The notes: generated by a model not told the origin, from the letters alone. A stretch of 45,665 bases of DNA from an uncultured Candidatus Saccharibacteria bacterium (GCA_964640685.1 CAZXFQ010000005.1:1-45665); one strand, 5' to 3'. Counted from the stretch's first letter, positions 17,732-26,924 are shown. Translations and numbers: made by a program.

Positions 17732-17748
17732 TAGCTTCTATGAGGACT

Positions 17749-18394
17749 ATGAAAATCTTGGAAACTATGGACGTGAATGACAGGGCCAAAAAACATCGCT
17801 GCTATTAAAAAAGGAATTTCCCACTGTGAAAGTTACTCTTAATCATTCAAGCGCACTAGAATTACTAATTGCCACAATTCTGTCGGCTTAGTGAACAGAC
17901 CTTCGTGTAAACGAAACTACGAAAGTATTATTTGCAAAATATAAAACGTTAGATGACTGTGCGGTTGCAAGTGCAAATGAACTTTCTGAGGGTGTAAATT
18001 CAATATCATTACGTAATAATAAATCAAGAAATATTATTGCACCAGCGAAGATACTAATTAATGAATTTTCTCGGACTATTTCCAGCAATATGAATGATCT
18101 TTTGAGCCTGTCAGGCGTTGGCAGAAAGACAGCAAATATTATTCTTGGAGAATGGTTTCAATTACATCAGGTTTTGTAGTTGATACGCATGTAAAAAGAT
18201 GCGCATACAGGATGGGATTAACAGATAGCCATGGTGTTGCAGAGATCGAGGCAGATCTGATGAATATTTTCCCCCAAGTAGAATGGGCTGATATGGCTTC
18301 CAGGATAATATTTCACGGTAGAACTACCTGCCCCGCTTCAAGGAAGGCGGGGCAGCATTGTAGTTTAGGAGAATTATGTAAGGTGCGAGAATGA
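17749..18394 (+). pseudogene. nth: endonuclease III (nth) pseudogene
   Basis: Nth-like translation is spread over three frames. MKILETMDVNDRAKK shifts frame to LKKEFPTVKVTLNHSSALELLIATILSA. Then TAG-TGA at 17889-17894 replaces the conserved Gln and the residue after it in the LSAQxTD motif. The reading continues TDLRVNETTKVLF...LLSLSGVGRKTANIILGE, shifts frame near 18150, and ends SGFVVDTHVKR...C-x9-C-x5-C, where the second Fe-S cysteine has become Gly. Confidence 0.8.
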
Positions 18395-18395
18395 A

Positions 18396-18420
18396 TCTAT
18401 CTATTTATCTATCTATCTAC
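18396..18420. repeat. imperfect (CTAT)n tetranucleotide microsatellite
   Basis: tctatctatttatctatctatctac lies directly after the nth remnant. Confidence 0.7.
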
Positions 18421-18466
18421 CTTTACCGTGGTGGGGAACCCTTGATTGTGTAATAATCTAAGCACT

Positions 18467-19273
18467 ATGAATTCACCAGTGAGAAAGTTTCATAAAAGCA
18501 ATGGAATTACCTTAAGCTATTTAGAGATTATAAACCCAGCCGCTGCCAATAAAACTACCCTTGTAGTTTTGCCTCAAGGTTTGCGCGACGCTGTATACAT
18601 GACAGATGTGGCTACATTTCAGGGATTAAGCGTACACAAAATTATTTTCTTAGATATGTTAGGTAGAGGGGAAAGTACCAATTTGTCTGACCTCCCCAAA
18701 ATTGAATTGGCCGAGTGCTCTAGAATCTATTCTGATTTTTGTGCAGCGGCTTTCGAGGATGCTGATCAGATTATCTGCTTGGCAAAATCTTTTGGGACAA
18801 ATTATCTTATGCATTTATTACAATCATATTCTGCAGATGAATTAAAAATCGACCATGCAATTATCATTGCTGGGCCTACATTTACCAAGCGGCAAAAAAA
18901 GTGGCTGAACTATTTAGTGGGGTTATACTTTAAAATTAAAACTGTAAATTTTTTAGTACGCGCATTTTTTTGGATTAATAAACGCATTGGCTTAAAGCAT
19001 ATAGATTTTAGTTATGTTAATTGGAGAAGTGCTGATGCTTGGCATGACTATCGGCTTATCAGTAGTTATAAATTAGTGGCTAAGTCATTGGCTGCTAATA
19101 CACACTTTGTGCTCAATGCTAAAGATGAATTGGTGACTGAGGAAGTAAGAATTCAGATCAGACAGTTGGCCCCCGCAGAAAATTTTTATACTTTGTCTAC
19201 ACAATCGCATTTTGGTGCTCTAACGGAAGATGAGATCCAAGTCGTGCAGAGCTTGATTATGAAACTGGCTTAA
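18467..19273 (+). CDS. alpha/beta-hydrolase-fold protein (tentative)
   Basis: NGITLSYLEI...TLVVLPQG, LDMLGRGEST and a nucleophile-elbow-like AKSFG. I prefer the ATG at 18467 over the listed TTG at 18446. Confidence 0.5.
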   Translation: MNSPVRKFHKSNGITLSYLEIINPAAANKTTLVVLPQGLRDAVYMTDVATFQGLSVHKIIFLDMLGRGESTNLSDLPKIELAECSRIYSDFCAAAFEDADQIICLAKSFGTNYLMHLLQSYSADELKIDHAIIIAGPTFTKRQKKWLNYLVGLYFKIKTVNFLVRAFFWINKRIGLKHIDFSYVNWRSADAWHDYRLISSYKLVAKSLAANTHFVLNAKDELVTEEVRIQIRQLAPAENFYTLSTQSHFGALTEDEIQVVQSLIMKLA

Positions 19274-19283
19274 ATAATAAAGG

Positions 19284-19310
19284 CAATAAAAAGCCTGCTT
19301 TCGGAGGCTT
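19284..19310 (-). terminator. rho-independent terminator oriented for the minus strand
   Basis: Stem aagcct / aggctt (6 bp, 19291-19296 and 19305-19310) with an 8-nt loop. On the minus strand it is followed by TTTTTATT. On the plus strand there is no U-tract. Confidence 0.5.
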
Positions 19311-19358
19311 ATCTGAAGCGATAAAAGTCTATTACAGACAAACCTCCTTAGCCCTTAA

Positions 19359-19493
19359 CTATGGCGTAGCAGAATTAATAGATATTGCACCACAGTTGAC
19401 TCCGACTTGCAAGCTATTTGTTCTAACCAGTGTTTCTAAAAGATTAGAGTGGGCACCCTCACTATAATCGTTGCGGAAACTATACTTGGGCAT
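19359..19493 (-). pseudogene. 44-codon relic of the 5' end of a threonine-aldolase / beta-eliminating-lyase-family (PLP) gene
   Basis: The minus-strand ATG at 19493 gives MPKYSFRNDYSEGAHSNLLETLVRTNSLQVGVNCGAISINSATP*. The first about 30 aa match my recollection of the conserved N-terminus (YSF.NDYSEGAHP.IL.AL..TN..Q..GYG) of that family. The rest of the gene is absent. Confidence 0.5.
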
Positions 19494-19568
19494 TATTCGG
19501 TAGCTAAAAAGTTACATATAAATAAATTGTAAGGTAAAATCGAAATAATACCTGTCACTATTATTTTC

Positions 19569-20345
19569 ATGTATGAAAAGTACTTAAAATTTGCACTTGA
19601 AGTTGCCTCCCACGCAGGGAAGATGATGCGTGCTGGCTTCTCTTTGGAGATTACCCCAGAGTGGAAATCAGATAATACCCCGTTAACTGAAACTGACAGC
19701 GCGATTAATCAAATGGTACTTGAGCAGGTGGCACTTAAATTTCCGGGGCATGCGGTTTTAGGTGAAGAATCCAGCACTCAGGAGATAAATACAGAGTATG
19801 TGTGGGTATGTGATCCCATTGACGGCACCCTAGCCTTCTCGCATGGGCTGAATATTTCTACTTTTAGTTTAGCTTTAGTGAGAGATGGCAAGCCAGTTGT
19901 GGCAATTGTCTTAGACCCTTTTCAGAAATTACTATACCAGGCAACTATAGATGGCACTACTAAGCTTAATGGACAAGTTACGCATGTGAATCAAATTGCC
20001 AATCTTAATCAAAAAATAGTCTCTGTAGAGGCCATCGGCCCTAAAGTGGAGGTATTGAAATCTATTAAAGCTCAAGGCGGGTACTGTTTTTCTTGTACCT
20101 CATTCATTTTCGGAGCCAAAATGGTAGCTTCAGGTCATTTTAGTGCAGCAATATTTGCAAAATCCAATCCTTGGGACGTGGCCGCCATTAAACTTATAGT
20201 TGAACAAGCAGGCGGAAAGACCTCAGATTTAGAGGGTAACACGCAAGATTACAATAAGCCCACCAAGGGGTTTCTTGCTAGCAATGGTTTGGTACATGAA
20301 CAATTATTAAAAATACTGCAAGAACATAAATTAATTGCTACCTAG
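19569..20345 (+). CDS. inositol monophosphatase family protein
   Basis: LGEESS and WVCDPIDGTLAFSHGL (WxxDPIDGT) motifs, with WD near the C-terminus. Confidence 0.85.
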   Translation: MYEKYLKFALEVASHAGKMMRAGFSLEITPEWKSDNTPLTETDSAINQMVLEQVALKFPGHAVLGEESSTQEINTEYVWVCDPIDGTLAFSHGLNISTFSLALVRDGKPVVAIVLDPFQKLLYQATIDGTTKLNGQVTHVNQIANLNQKIVSVEAIGPKVEVLKSIKAQGGYCFSCTSFIFGAKMVASGHFSAAIFAKSNPWDVAAIKLIVEQAGGKTSDLEGNTQDYNKPTKGFLASNGLVHEQLLKILQEHKLIAT

Positions 20346-20356
20346 GAATTTTAATT

Positions 20357-20728
20357 ATGGCAAAGTCCTTAGCTGAGATTACGAAGATTATCGATAACTT
20401 TGGCAGTGAGAGGGGCTGGAAGAACGAAGATCCGAACCAATTACTGACCTCTATTTTCATCGAGCTAGGAGAGCTAGCTGAACATTATCAATGGAAAAAT
20501 AAATTCTGGAAACTTGATAAGGATCAGCAAACAGAGATTGGGTTTGAATTTGTCGATGTGATCTTTTATCTATTCAGACTAGCCAGTCAGTCAGGAATAG
20601 ACCTAGAGGCAGCTTTCGACCAGAAATTGCCTAAGCTTATTGAGAAGTACCCAATTGGCAGAAAAGAGTTGTGGGATAAAAACCACCAAGAATATCGCGC
20701 TACAGGTAAGAATAAAAAATACGAATAA
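20357..20728 (+). CDS. MazG-like nucleotide pyrophosphohydrolase (single-domain, all-alpha NTP-PPase)
   Basis: ELGELAEHYQWK ... EFVDVIFYLFRLA shows the EExxE/D-type metal helices typical of small MazG-domain proteins. Confidence 0.75.
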   Translation: MAKSLAEITKIIDNFGSERGWKNEDPNQLLTSIFIELGELAEHYQWKNKFWKLDKDQQTEIGFEFVDVIFYLFRLASQSGIDLEAAFDQKLPKLIEKYPIGRKELWDKNHQEYRATGKNKKYE

Positions 20729-20768
20729 ATTAAAACTATTTTTAATTAATTTTATTTTCACACAAATC

Positions 20769-20990
20769 ATGGAATTTCGCCCAGGAATTTATCAGCACTA
20801 CAAAGGTAATAAATATTTAGCATTGACTGTAGCCAAGCATAGCGAAACTTTAGAGCAGCTGGTCGTTTATGTGTGTTTGTATGAAAATGCAGAAAGCAAG
20901 ATGTGGGTGAGGCCCTTGACGATGTTTATGGAAGAAATTGAAGTCAACGGTGCCAGGCAGCCTCGATTCAAATTTCTAAGCAGTTACTAA
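20769..20990 (+). CDS. DUF1653-family small protein
   Basis: GIYQHYKGNKYLALTVAKHSETLEQLVVYVCLY....WVRPLTMF matches the DUF1653 pattern. I prefer the ATG at 20769. The listed 20640 start would overlap the MazG-like gene. Confidence 0.75.
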   Translation: MEFRPGIYQHYKGNKYLALTVAKHSETLEQLVVYVCLYENAESKMWVRPLTMFMEEIEVNGARQPRFKFLSSY

Positions 20991-21030
20991 AACTCATACT
21001 TAACTATACGCTTAATTTAAAACATATTAA

Positions 21031-22068
21031 ATGGACAAATTCACCCAACTATTAGACTTATTGAAGCAGTCTCCTTTGTTTGGGGCGTACCATGATCTGT
21101 CTGATTTTCAGCATAAACCAGAGATTATCCAGGAAGTGAAGAAATTTCTAGAGTTAGAAGCGCAGCAGTTTGGGGTAGATGTTGAGAATAAAGATTTTAA
21201 TCCAATAGTACTTAAGACATTCATATATACGGGCCTAATAGTTAGCGGGTATGCAGAGTTGGGCAAGCTGTTGCCACTGATGAAGATTACGTCTTTAGCC
21301 TATCTACTTGATGAACTAGTTGATAACTCAGATAAGCCCGATCATTACCTAAATGTAATTACGGGTTTGGCAGGTGGCACGCCATTACCGCTGACAAAAT
21401 TAGTGAACCAGCAGTTAACTCAATTCCCCCAAGAATATTCTGAATTAATAAGAGAAATGGCCTTCCAGGACATTTCTAGGCCTCAGTTCCTTCTTAGGGA
21501 AATGGCCTTGAAATATTTCCTAAATACAGATAACAAAATTATCAGTGAAAACTCTGGTTTGATCATCAGTTACAAGATAACCAGTATTGGTTTAAGAATG
21601 GTGGTATTCTCAATTTATATCGTTCTATTGCAAGAAGGAATTGTAAGAACTCCACTGGCAGAAATGATTGATAAGCATGAACGCCTAATTAGAATATTGG
21701 AAGGATTCCTAAGACTAGCAGATGATCTTGGAGATCTGGAAGCTGATGAAGGACTCAATATCAACATATTTAATTTATCGGAAGCTACTTTTTTGCAAAG
21801 CTTCTTGTCGTTTTGTGGCATAAGTCATAAACTAGCTGAAAATACCACAAGATTAGAGATATTTAGAATATTTTATAATTCATCAAAGTTGGAAATCGCA
21901 AAAATTGATAATACTTCCAGAGATACGCAGATATTTTTAAGTTTACTGCTAAGATTTATGGAAGGTGGATTCATTAACATTGTGGGAGATGCATTTTTTG
22001 AGAGTGCAAATTATGAATTATCCCCAGAAGTATTATTAATTTTAAAAGATTTCAACTATCAATTATGA
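21031..22068 (+). CDS. hypothetical all-helical protein with two Asp-rich motifs (class I isoprenoid-synthase-like, speculative)
   Basis: DELVD at aa 94-98 and DDLGDLEADE at aa 231-240, 137 aa apart in a 345-aa protein. The stop overlaps the kinase start (ATGA). Confidence 0.35.
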   Translation: MDKFTQLLDLLKQSPLFGAYHDLSDFQHKPEIIQEVKKFLELEAQQFGVDVENKDFNPIVLKTFIYTGLIVSGYAELGKLLPLMKITSLAYLLDELVDNSDKPDHYLNVITGLAGGTPLPLTKLVNQQLTQFPQEYSELIREMAFQDISRPQFLLREMALKYFLNTDNKIISENSGLIISYKITSIGLRMVVFSIYIVLLQEGIVRTPLAEMIDKHERLIRILEGFLRLADDLGDLEADEGLNINIFNLSEATFLQSFLSFCGISHKLAENTTRLEIFRIFYNSSKLEIAKIDNTSRDTQIFLSLLLRFMEGGFINIVGDAFFESANYELSPEVLLILKDFNYQL

Positions 22069-23978
22069 AACCAATAGATTTGCTAAAGCGATTTGCGGGT
22101 TTAATTGAAAACTACGAGGATAAGGAGACGATCAAGAAACTAGTTATAAAATTGGTTACTGAGCAACTAGATTTCACTTTAGGTGGGGTATTTGAGGTCA
22201 AAGGTAATTTAGCTCTCAACGCAGTCACTTCTAGTTCAGACATTATCTTGTCAGCTGTGTATGGATTATTAGGCGCGGGATTTTCTGAACTTGAATTTGA
22301 CCTAAATGAACCTACTAATATTTTCTCAATTGCCAAAAATTCAAAGAAGTATCAATTAGCGACCGGAGTTAAAGAATTTATTCCGGGACTTAATTACCAA
22401 ATTGGTAATCTAGAACATCTGCTACAGGCAATAATGAGACTTTATGGAATAAAACAGTTAGGAGTCTTTCCCTGTTTCTATAAAGGAGAGTTAAAAAGTT
22501 TCTTTGTTACTGGTCATAAAACTGCTTTTACTGACGATGATATAGATATTATTAATGTAGTTTCCAATCAATTAGCAGCCTACATCTCTTTTGCCGATCT
22601 AACTAATAATCTAAAGACACAAGCATCTGAGCTTCAAAAAAAGACTGAGCAGATTGAGCTAGTCAATAAATTGGCAAATCAAATTGTCTCGACTCTGGAA
22701 TTTGAGGACTTGCTGCAAAAGATTGTGGATATCTTGCCAGAAGCTATGGGTTATAAGCTGATTATGGTAAGCCTTTTAGAAGAGGAGAATCGTATATTGA
22801 AGGTGAAGGCAGTAACCCGTAATTCTTTTACTCAAGTAGCGATAGATATGCTAGATCAAGATGTGAGCACATATGGTCTAGATATTACGGCGCTTAATAC
22901 TCAACAAAATATTAGCGTAATCGCAATTAAGACCAAGCAAACGCTTATCAGCACTGACCTGAAAGATGCATTTGGGAGTATGCTTCCTGAGCAAACTATT
23001 GAAACTATTCAATCAACACTGCAAGTCAGTTGTATCGCAGTTACGCCTATTACCTCACGGGGGGCAGTGTTAGGTAGCATTACCATTTTATTTTCTGGCA
23101 AAACTAAGGAAGAAGTAATTGTGGCTGAGAAGTATTTTATAGATACTTACGCGGATGTAATTGGGGTTGCATTGGATAACGCGCATAGTTTTGCAGAAAA
23201 GCAGTTAGCACTGACTCAGCTAGAAGAAAAGATTGGGGACTTAGAAGAGGCTTATCGCAAGGAAAAAGATATGATGGACATACTTGCACATGAACTGCGA
23301 ACACCGATTAGTACTGCTCGCAATGCTTTCTCATTATTGGAGACGATGCTGAAGTCGGCCCAACATCCCGATCCGGAAAAAATTGCCAGTTATGCCAAAA
23401 TAGTGAGGACCAATTTGCAAAGAGAAATTAAGCTACTAGAGATCATGCTTTCCAGCACCAAAGTGGATAATAATAAAATTACATTAAAATTAGCACCATT
23501 GGACCTAAATCCAATCCTGGAGCAGATCGTTTTGAATTATCAACTGGAGGCAAATAACAAAGGAATTAAATTGAGCCGAGAATTGTCCACCACTCCAGTC
23601 ACGGTAACTGCAGATGTAGATAGAGTATTTGAAATACTCGATAATCTGGTAGGTAACGCACTTAAATACACTATTGCCGGAAGTGTAATAATTAGAAGTG
23701 CCTTAGGAGGTGAGTTTAACTCAGTTAGTGTAACTGACACTGGAGAAGGTATTCCAGCCAATGAAATACCTAATCTTGGCAAAAAGTTTTATAGAATCAA
23801 TCAGTATATTGATGACGGCACTGACAACCCTATCAAATTTACTCGACCTGGGGGCACGGGGCTAGGTTTGTATGTTGCTTTCAATTTGGCTAAAATGATG
23901 CAAGGCAGCGTGTCAGTGCGCTCAGAAATAGGCAAGGGTAGCGAGTTCAGTTTGAACCTCCCAGCATATAGTATTTAA
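22065..23978 (+). CDS. cytoplasmic GAF-domain sensor histidine kinase (no adjacent response regulator)
   Basis: H-box HELRTPIS, N-box DNLVGNALKYT, G1 DTGEGIP, G2 GTGLGLYVA. About 390 aa of N-terminal GAF-like sensor region with no TM helices. Confidence 0.85.
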   Translation: MKPIDLLKRFAGLIENYEDKETIKKLVIKLVTEQLDFTLGGVFEVKGNLALNAVTSSSDIILSAVYGLLGAGFSELEFDLNEPTNIFSIAKNSKKYQLATGVKEFIPGLNYQIGNLEHLLQAIMRLYGIKQLGVFPCFYKGELKSFFVTGHKTAFTDDDIDIINVVSNQLAAYISFADLTNNLKTQASELQKKTEQIELVNKLANQIVSTLEFEDLLQKIVDILPEAMGYKLIMVSLLEEENRILKVKAVTRNSFTQVAIDMLDQDVSTYGLDITALNTQQNISVIAIKTKQTLISTDLKDAFGSMLPEQTIETIQSTLQVSCIAVTPITSRGAVLGSITILFSGKTKEEVIVAEKYFIDTYADVIGVALDNAHSFAEKQLALTQLEEKIGDLEEAYRKEKDMMDILAHELRTPISTARNAFSLLETMLKSAQHPDPEKIASYAKIVRTNLQREIKLLEIMLSSTKVDNNKITLKLAPLDLNPILEQIVLNYQLEANNKGIKLSRELSTTPVTVTADVDRVFEILDNLVGNALKYTIAGSVIIRSALGGEFNSVSVTDTGEGIPANEIPNLGKKFYRINQYIDDGTDNPIKFTRPGGTGLGLYVAFNLAKMMQGSVSVRSEIGKGSEFSLNLPAYSI

Positions 23979-23996
23979 TTTTAATTATTATTAATT

Positions 23997-25151
23997 ATGC
24001 AAGATTTTAATTTTCATTCACCAGTGAGAGTAGTTTTTGGTAAAAGTTCACACTTAGGTCTCAAGAACTTAGTAAGCAATTATGGAAACAAAGTACTGCT
24101 AGTATATGGAGGAGGTAGCATCAAAGCCAATGGTGTATATCGGAAAGTACTCGAGCAGCTGCAAGGCTTGGAAGTGCAAGAATTCGCAGGGATTGAGCCC
24201 AACCCTAGAGTAGAGACAATCCGAAAAGCAGTTGTCTTGGGAAAGCAGTTTCAGCCAGATTTGGTCTTGGCAGTTGGCGGTGGTAGCGTGATTGACGCTG
24301 CAAAGTTGATTGCCGCAAGTATAAACTATCAAGGAGATCCTTGGGATTTTTTGGTTAAACCACATACTGAGTCAAGTAAATACGTAGCTCTGGCAACTGT
24401 TCTAACTCTGGCAGCCACTGCTAGTGAACATAACTCAGGTGCTGTGATTACAAATTGGGAGACTCATGAAAAATTATTTTTTGGTCGCGACCAGCTCTAT
24501 CCAAGATTTAGTATCTTGAACCCTGAATTCACTTTTAGTGTCAATAAAGAGCAAAGTGCTTACGGAACAATTGACGCCTTCGTGCATGTACTTGAACAGT
24601 ATATCAATACAAGCCTACAGACTCCTATGCAGGATAGATTTAGTGAAGGTATTTTATTAACACTAATCGAGAATGGGCCAAAAGTGTTGGATGAACCTGA
24701 GAATTATGATGTTAGGGCAAATATAATGCTCTGTGCTAGTTTTGCATTAAACGGAATGATTGCAATGGGAGCGGGGCAAGATTGGGCCACTCATAGTATC
24801 GAGCATGAATTTAGTGGTTTTTACGATATTCCTCATGCAGCAGGTCTTGCAGTAATTTTGCCGCATTATCTTCGGGTAGCAAAATCGCATAAATTGGCTA
24901 AGCTGGTCCAGTATGGAAAGCGAATTTGGAATCTTAGCGGCAGTGATACAGATATTGCCGAAGCAGCAATTCAAAAGACAGCTGACTTCTTTAATTCATT
25001 GGGTGCCAAGCCAAACCTTAAGGCATGGGATATTGATAGTGAGCACTTTGATACAATTACCTCCAGGCTGATGAGCATTGGCAGTGTAGGTGAGATTAAA
25101 CTAACTGAAGGGGAGTTGCGCATTGTTCTGGAGAAATCTCTAGGCGTTTAA
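23997..25151 (+). CDS. iron-containing (group III) alcohol dehydrogenase, YqhD/butanol-dehydrogenase-like
   Basis: GGGSVIDAAK nucleotide motif and the HSIEHEF...HAAGLA metal-binding histidines. Confidence 0.85.
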   Translation: MQDFNFHSPVRVVFGKSSHLGLKNLVSNYGNKVLLVYGGGSIKANGVYRKVLEQLQGLEVQEFAGIEPNPRVETIRKAVVLGKQFQPDLVLAVGGGSVIDAAKLIAASINYQGDPWDFLVKPHTESSKYVALATVLTLAATASEHNSGAVITNWETHEKLFFGRDQLYPRFSILNPEFTFSVNKEQSAYGTIDAFVHVLEQYINTSLQTPMQDRFSEGILLTLIENGPKVLDEPENYDVRANIMLCASFALNGMIAMGAGQDWATHSIEHEFSGFYDIPHAAGLAVILPHYLRVAKSHKLAKLVQYGKRIWNLSGSDTDIAEAAIQKTADFFNSLGAKPNLKAWDIDSEHFDTITSRLMSIGSVGEIKLTEGELRIVLEKSLGV

Positions 25152-25170
25152 TTATAATAATTTTATTAGT

Positions 25171-26433
25171 ATGAAAAGTTATGATCTGGTTGTAGTTGGC
25201 GGAGGAGCTGCTGGGATGATGGCCAGCATTTCCGCTAAGAAACACCACCCTAACTTCAAGGTAGCCCTACTAGACAGAACATTCGCTCTGGGTCGCAAAA
25301 TTCTAGTATGTGGAGCAGGCAGATGTAATATTACCAATATAAATTTGCAGGCAGGTGTGGAAGGCCACTACTATGGGGCTGATACTTCATTTGTACGGCC
25401 GGTGTTTTCGCAATTTGGCTACGCAGATATTGTAGAATACTTTGAGGATTTGGGGGTCGAACTTTATGTAGAACGCAAAACTACAGTCGGCAAGTTGTTT
25501 CCAATAACAGACCAGGCCAAGACAATCACCGCTATGTTAGAGGATGAGCTAGAAAGACTGGGTGTCGAAGTTATGCTTAACACTGAGGTCAAGTCAATAG
25601 TGTCTAATAATGGTAGCTTTACAATCGGAATTAGCAATGAATCACCAATAACTGAGCTAAGTAGCCAATATGTGATCTTAGCGGCCGGGGGGATGACCTA
25701 CCCTGCTCTTGGATCTAATGGCTCTGGATACAATTTGGCAGAGCAATTAGGACATAAGCTTGTCACCCCGGTGCCTTCAGCCTTACCTTTGGAAGGCAAA
25801 AATGATTTGTCTCAAGAACTACAAGGGATCAAGCTAGAGGCTGAGGTCACCTCTATCATTGCTGGAAAAGTAGTAAAGAGTCGAGTTGATGATGTAATGT
25901 TTACCAAATATGGATTATCGGGACCAGCAGTTTTGAATATTAGCCGAGAAGTGTCTCTACGAATTAACCGTGAGCAGAAGCATGATGTAGAAATAAAATT
26001 AAATTTATTTCCTGGTAAGTCTTCAGACGATGTGAAGGATCTACTGTCTAAGCGTTGGCGCAAGAGGTCTGAGCAGACAATTGAAAAAAGCCTTTACGGA
26101 CTATTCCCTAACAAAATTGCCCCAGTAATTTTAAAATTAATTAATATTAATTCCACCAAGCTTGTAAAAGCTTTGTCTGCAGACGAAGTTGAGAAGCTCG
26201 TTGAAATTCTTAGCGACTATAGAATTAAAATTAGCGCCACCAGAGGTTGGAATGAAGCAGAATTTACCGCTGGTGGGGTAGATACAACAGAACTAAAGCC
26301 AAATACGCTGGAGTCTAAATTGCACAAAGGCCTATATTTGTGTGGAGAAATCTTGGATGTTGATGGAGACGTTGGTGGTTTCAATCTATCTTGGGCTTGG
26401 GTGTCGGGTTTTGTTTCTGGAAAGCTGTCTTAA
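25171..26433 (+). CDS. HI0933/BaiN-family NAD(P)/FAD-dependent oxidoreductase
   Basis: YDLVVVGGGAAGMMA dinucleotide fold, GRCNITN, and C-terminal LYLCGEILDVDGDVGGFNLSWAWVSG. Confidence 0.85.
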   Translation: MKSYDLVVVGGGAAGMMASISAKKHHPNFKVALLDRTFALGRKILVCGAGRCNITNINLQAGVEGHYYGADTSFVRPVFSQFGYADIVEYFEDLGVELYVERKTTVGKLFPITDQAKTITAMLEDELERLGVEVMLNTEVKSIVSNNGSFTIGISNESPITELSSQYVILAAGGMTYPALGSNGSGYNLAEQLGHKLVTPVPSALPLEGKNDLSQELQGIKLEAEVTSIIAGKVVKSRVDDVMFTKYGLSGPAVLNISREVSLRINREQKHDVEIKLNLFPGKSSDDVKDLLSKRWRKRSEQTIEKSLYGLFPNKIAPVILKLININSTKLVKALSADEVEKLVEILSDYRIKISATRGWNEAEFTAGGVDTTELKPNTLESKLHKGLYLCGEILDVDGDVGGFNLSWAWVSGFVSGKLS

Positions 26434-26924
26434 AGCGAGTTATAGTATTTGGCTAACAGCTCAGACTTAGCGTCTACACTGCGTATTCCGTATGCCTTGG
26501 CAAAGGCTTTGAAATTTGTGCCATAAACTCTCACGTACTCTCGAGAAATCTTGGGAATTAATGCGGCAAAAGCCATTTCAAAACTTGAATATTGCACATT
26601 ATTTAAGTATCCAAAACAATTATACTTTTTATAGTTCGCGCGGCAAAACCCTGACTCTACACCTGCAATTGCCACTATCATCTTGTAATCCCCCCCACTC
26701 CGCTCTGATGTTGATATTATCTGTTCAGCCAACTTACGATTTGCTACAGGAGAACCCTGACTCCTGAGGTAATTTACTAGGCGTGTAATGCTCTTTTCAC
26801 GCTCTTTAGCCCGTGAGGTTTTTTTCTCTAGCTCCTTGTAAAAAGATTCTACTTGATCAATCTTAGCTTGGGTCTCATCCTGTAGTATTGAGTCTGTTTG
26901 AGTGCTAGTGCTTGTGCCTAACAC
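26430..26924 (-). CDS. putative secreted peptidoglycan glycosidase (glucosaminidase/GH73-like, tentative)
   Basis: MIVAIAGVESGFC....YNCFGY resembles the A.A..ESG......N.FG active-site pattern. The listed start is GTG, but the frame continues upstream to 27071 and encodes a classic signal peptide without any ATG/GTG/TTG. Confidence 0.45.
   Translation of the reverse strand: MLGTSTSTQTDSILQDETQAKIDQVESFYKELEKKTSRAKEREKSITRLVNYLRSQGSPVANRKLAEQIISTSERSGGDYKMIVAIAGVESGFCRANYKKYNCFGYLNNVQYSSFEMAFAALIPKISREYVRVYGTNFKAFAKAYGIRSVDAKSELLAKYYNSL

Noticed and set aside
17889-17894. The in-frame TAG-TGA inside nth might indicate stop-codon reassignment or programmed read-through
   Set aside because: TAG and TGA terminate many conserved full-length genes in this window, for example TAG at 816-818 and TGA at 22066-22068. 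RF2 is intact. The same gene also has frameshifts and a lost Fe-S cysteine. Pseudogenisation explains all of this.
17888-18088. 66-aa minus-strand ORF in the gap after tRNA-Gln
   Set aside because: It lies antisense to the region whose plus-strand translation is clearly Nth-like (HhH-GPD). It is best explained as a chance ORF inside the nth pseudogene.
20640-20768. Long N-terminal extension of the DUF1653 ORF overlapping the MazG-like gene by 89 nt
   Set aside because: The extension is the out-of-frame read of the MazG-like 3' end plus AT-rich spacer. The conserved DUF1653 sequence begins at the ATG at 20769.
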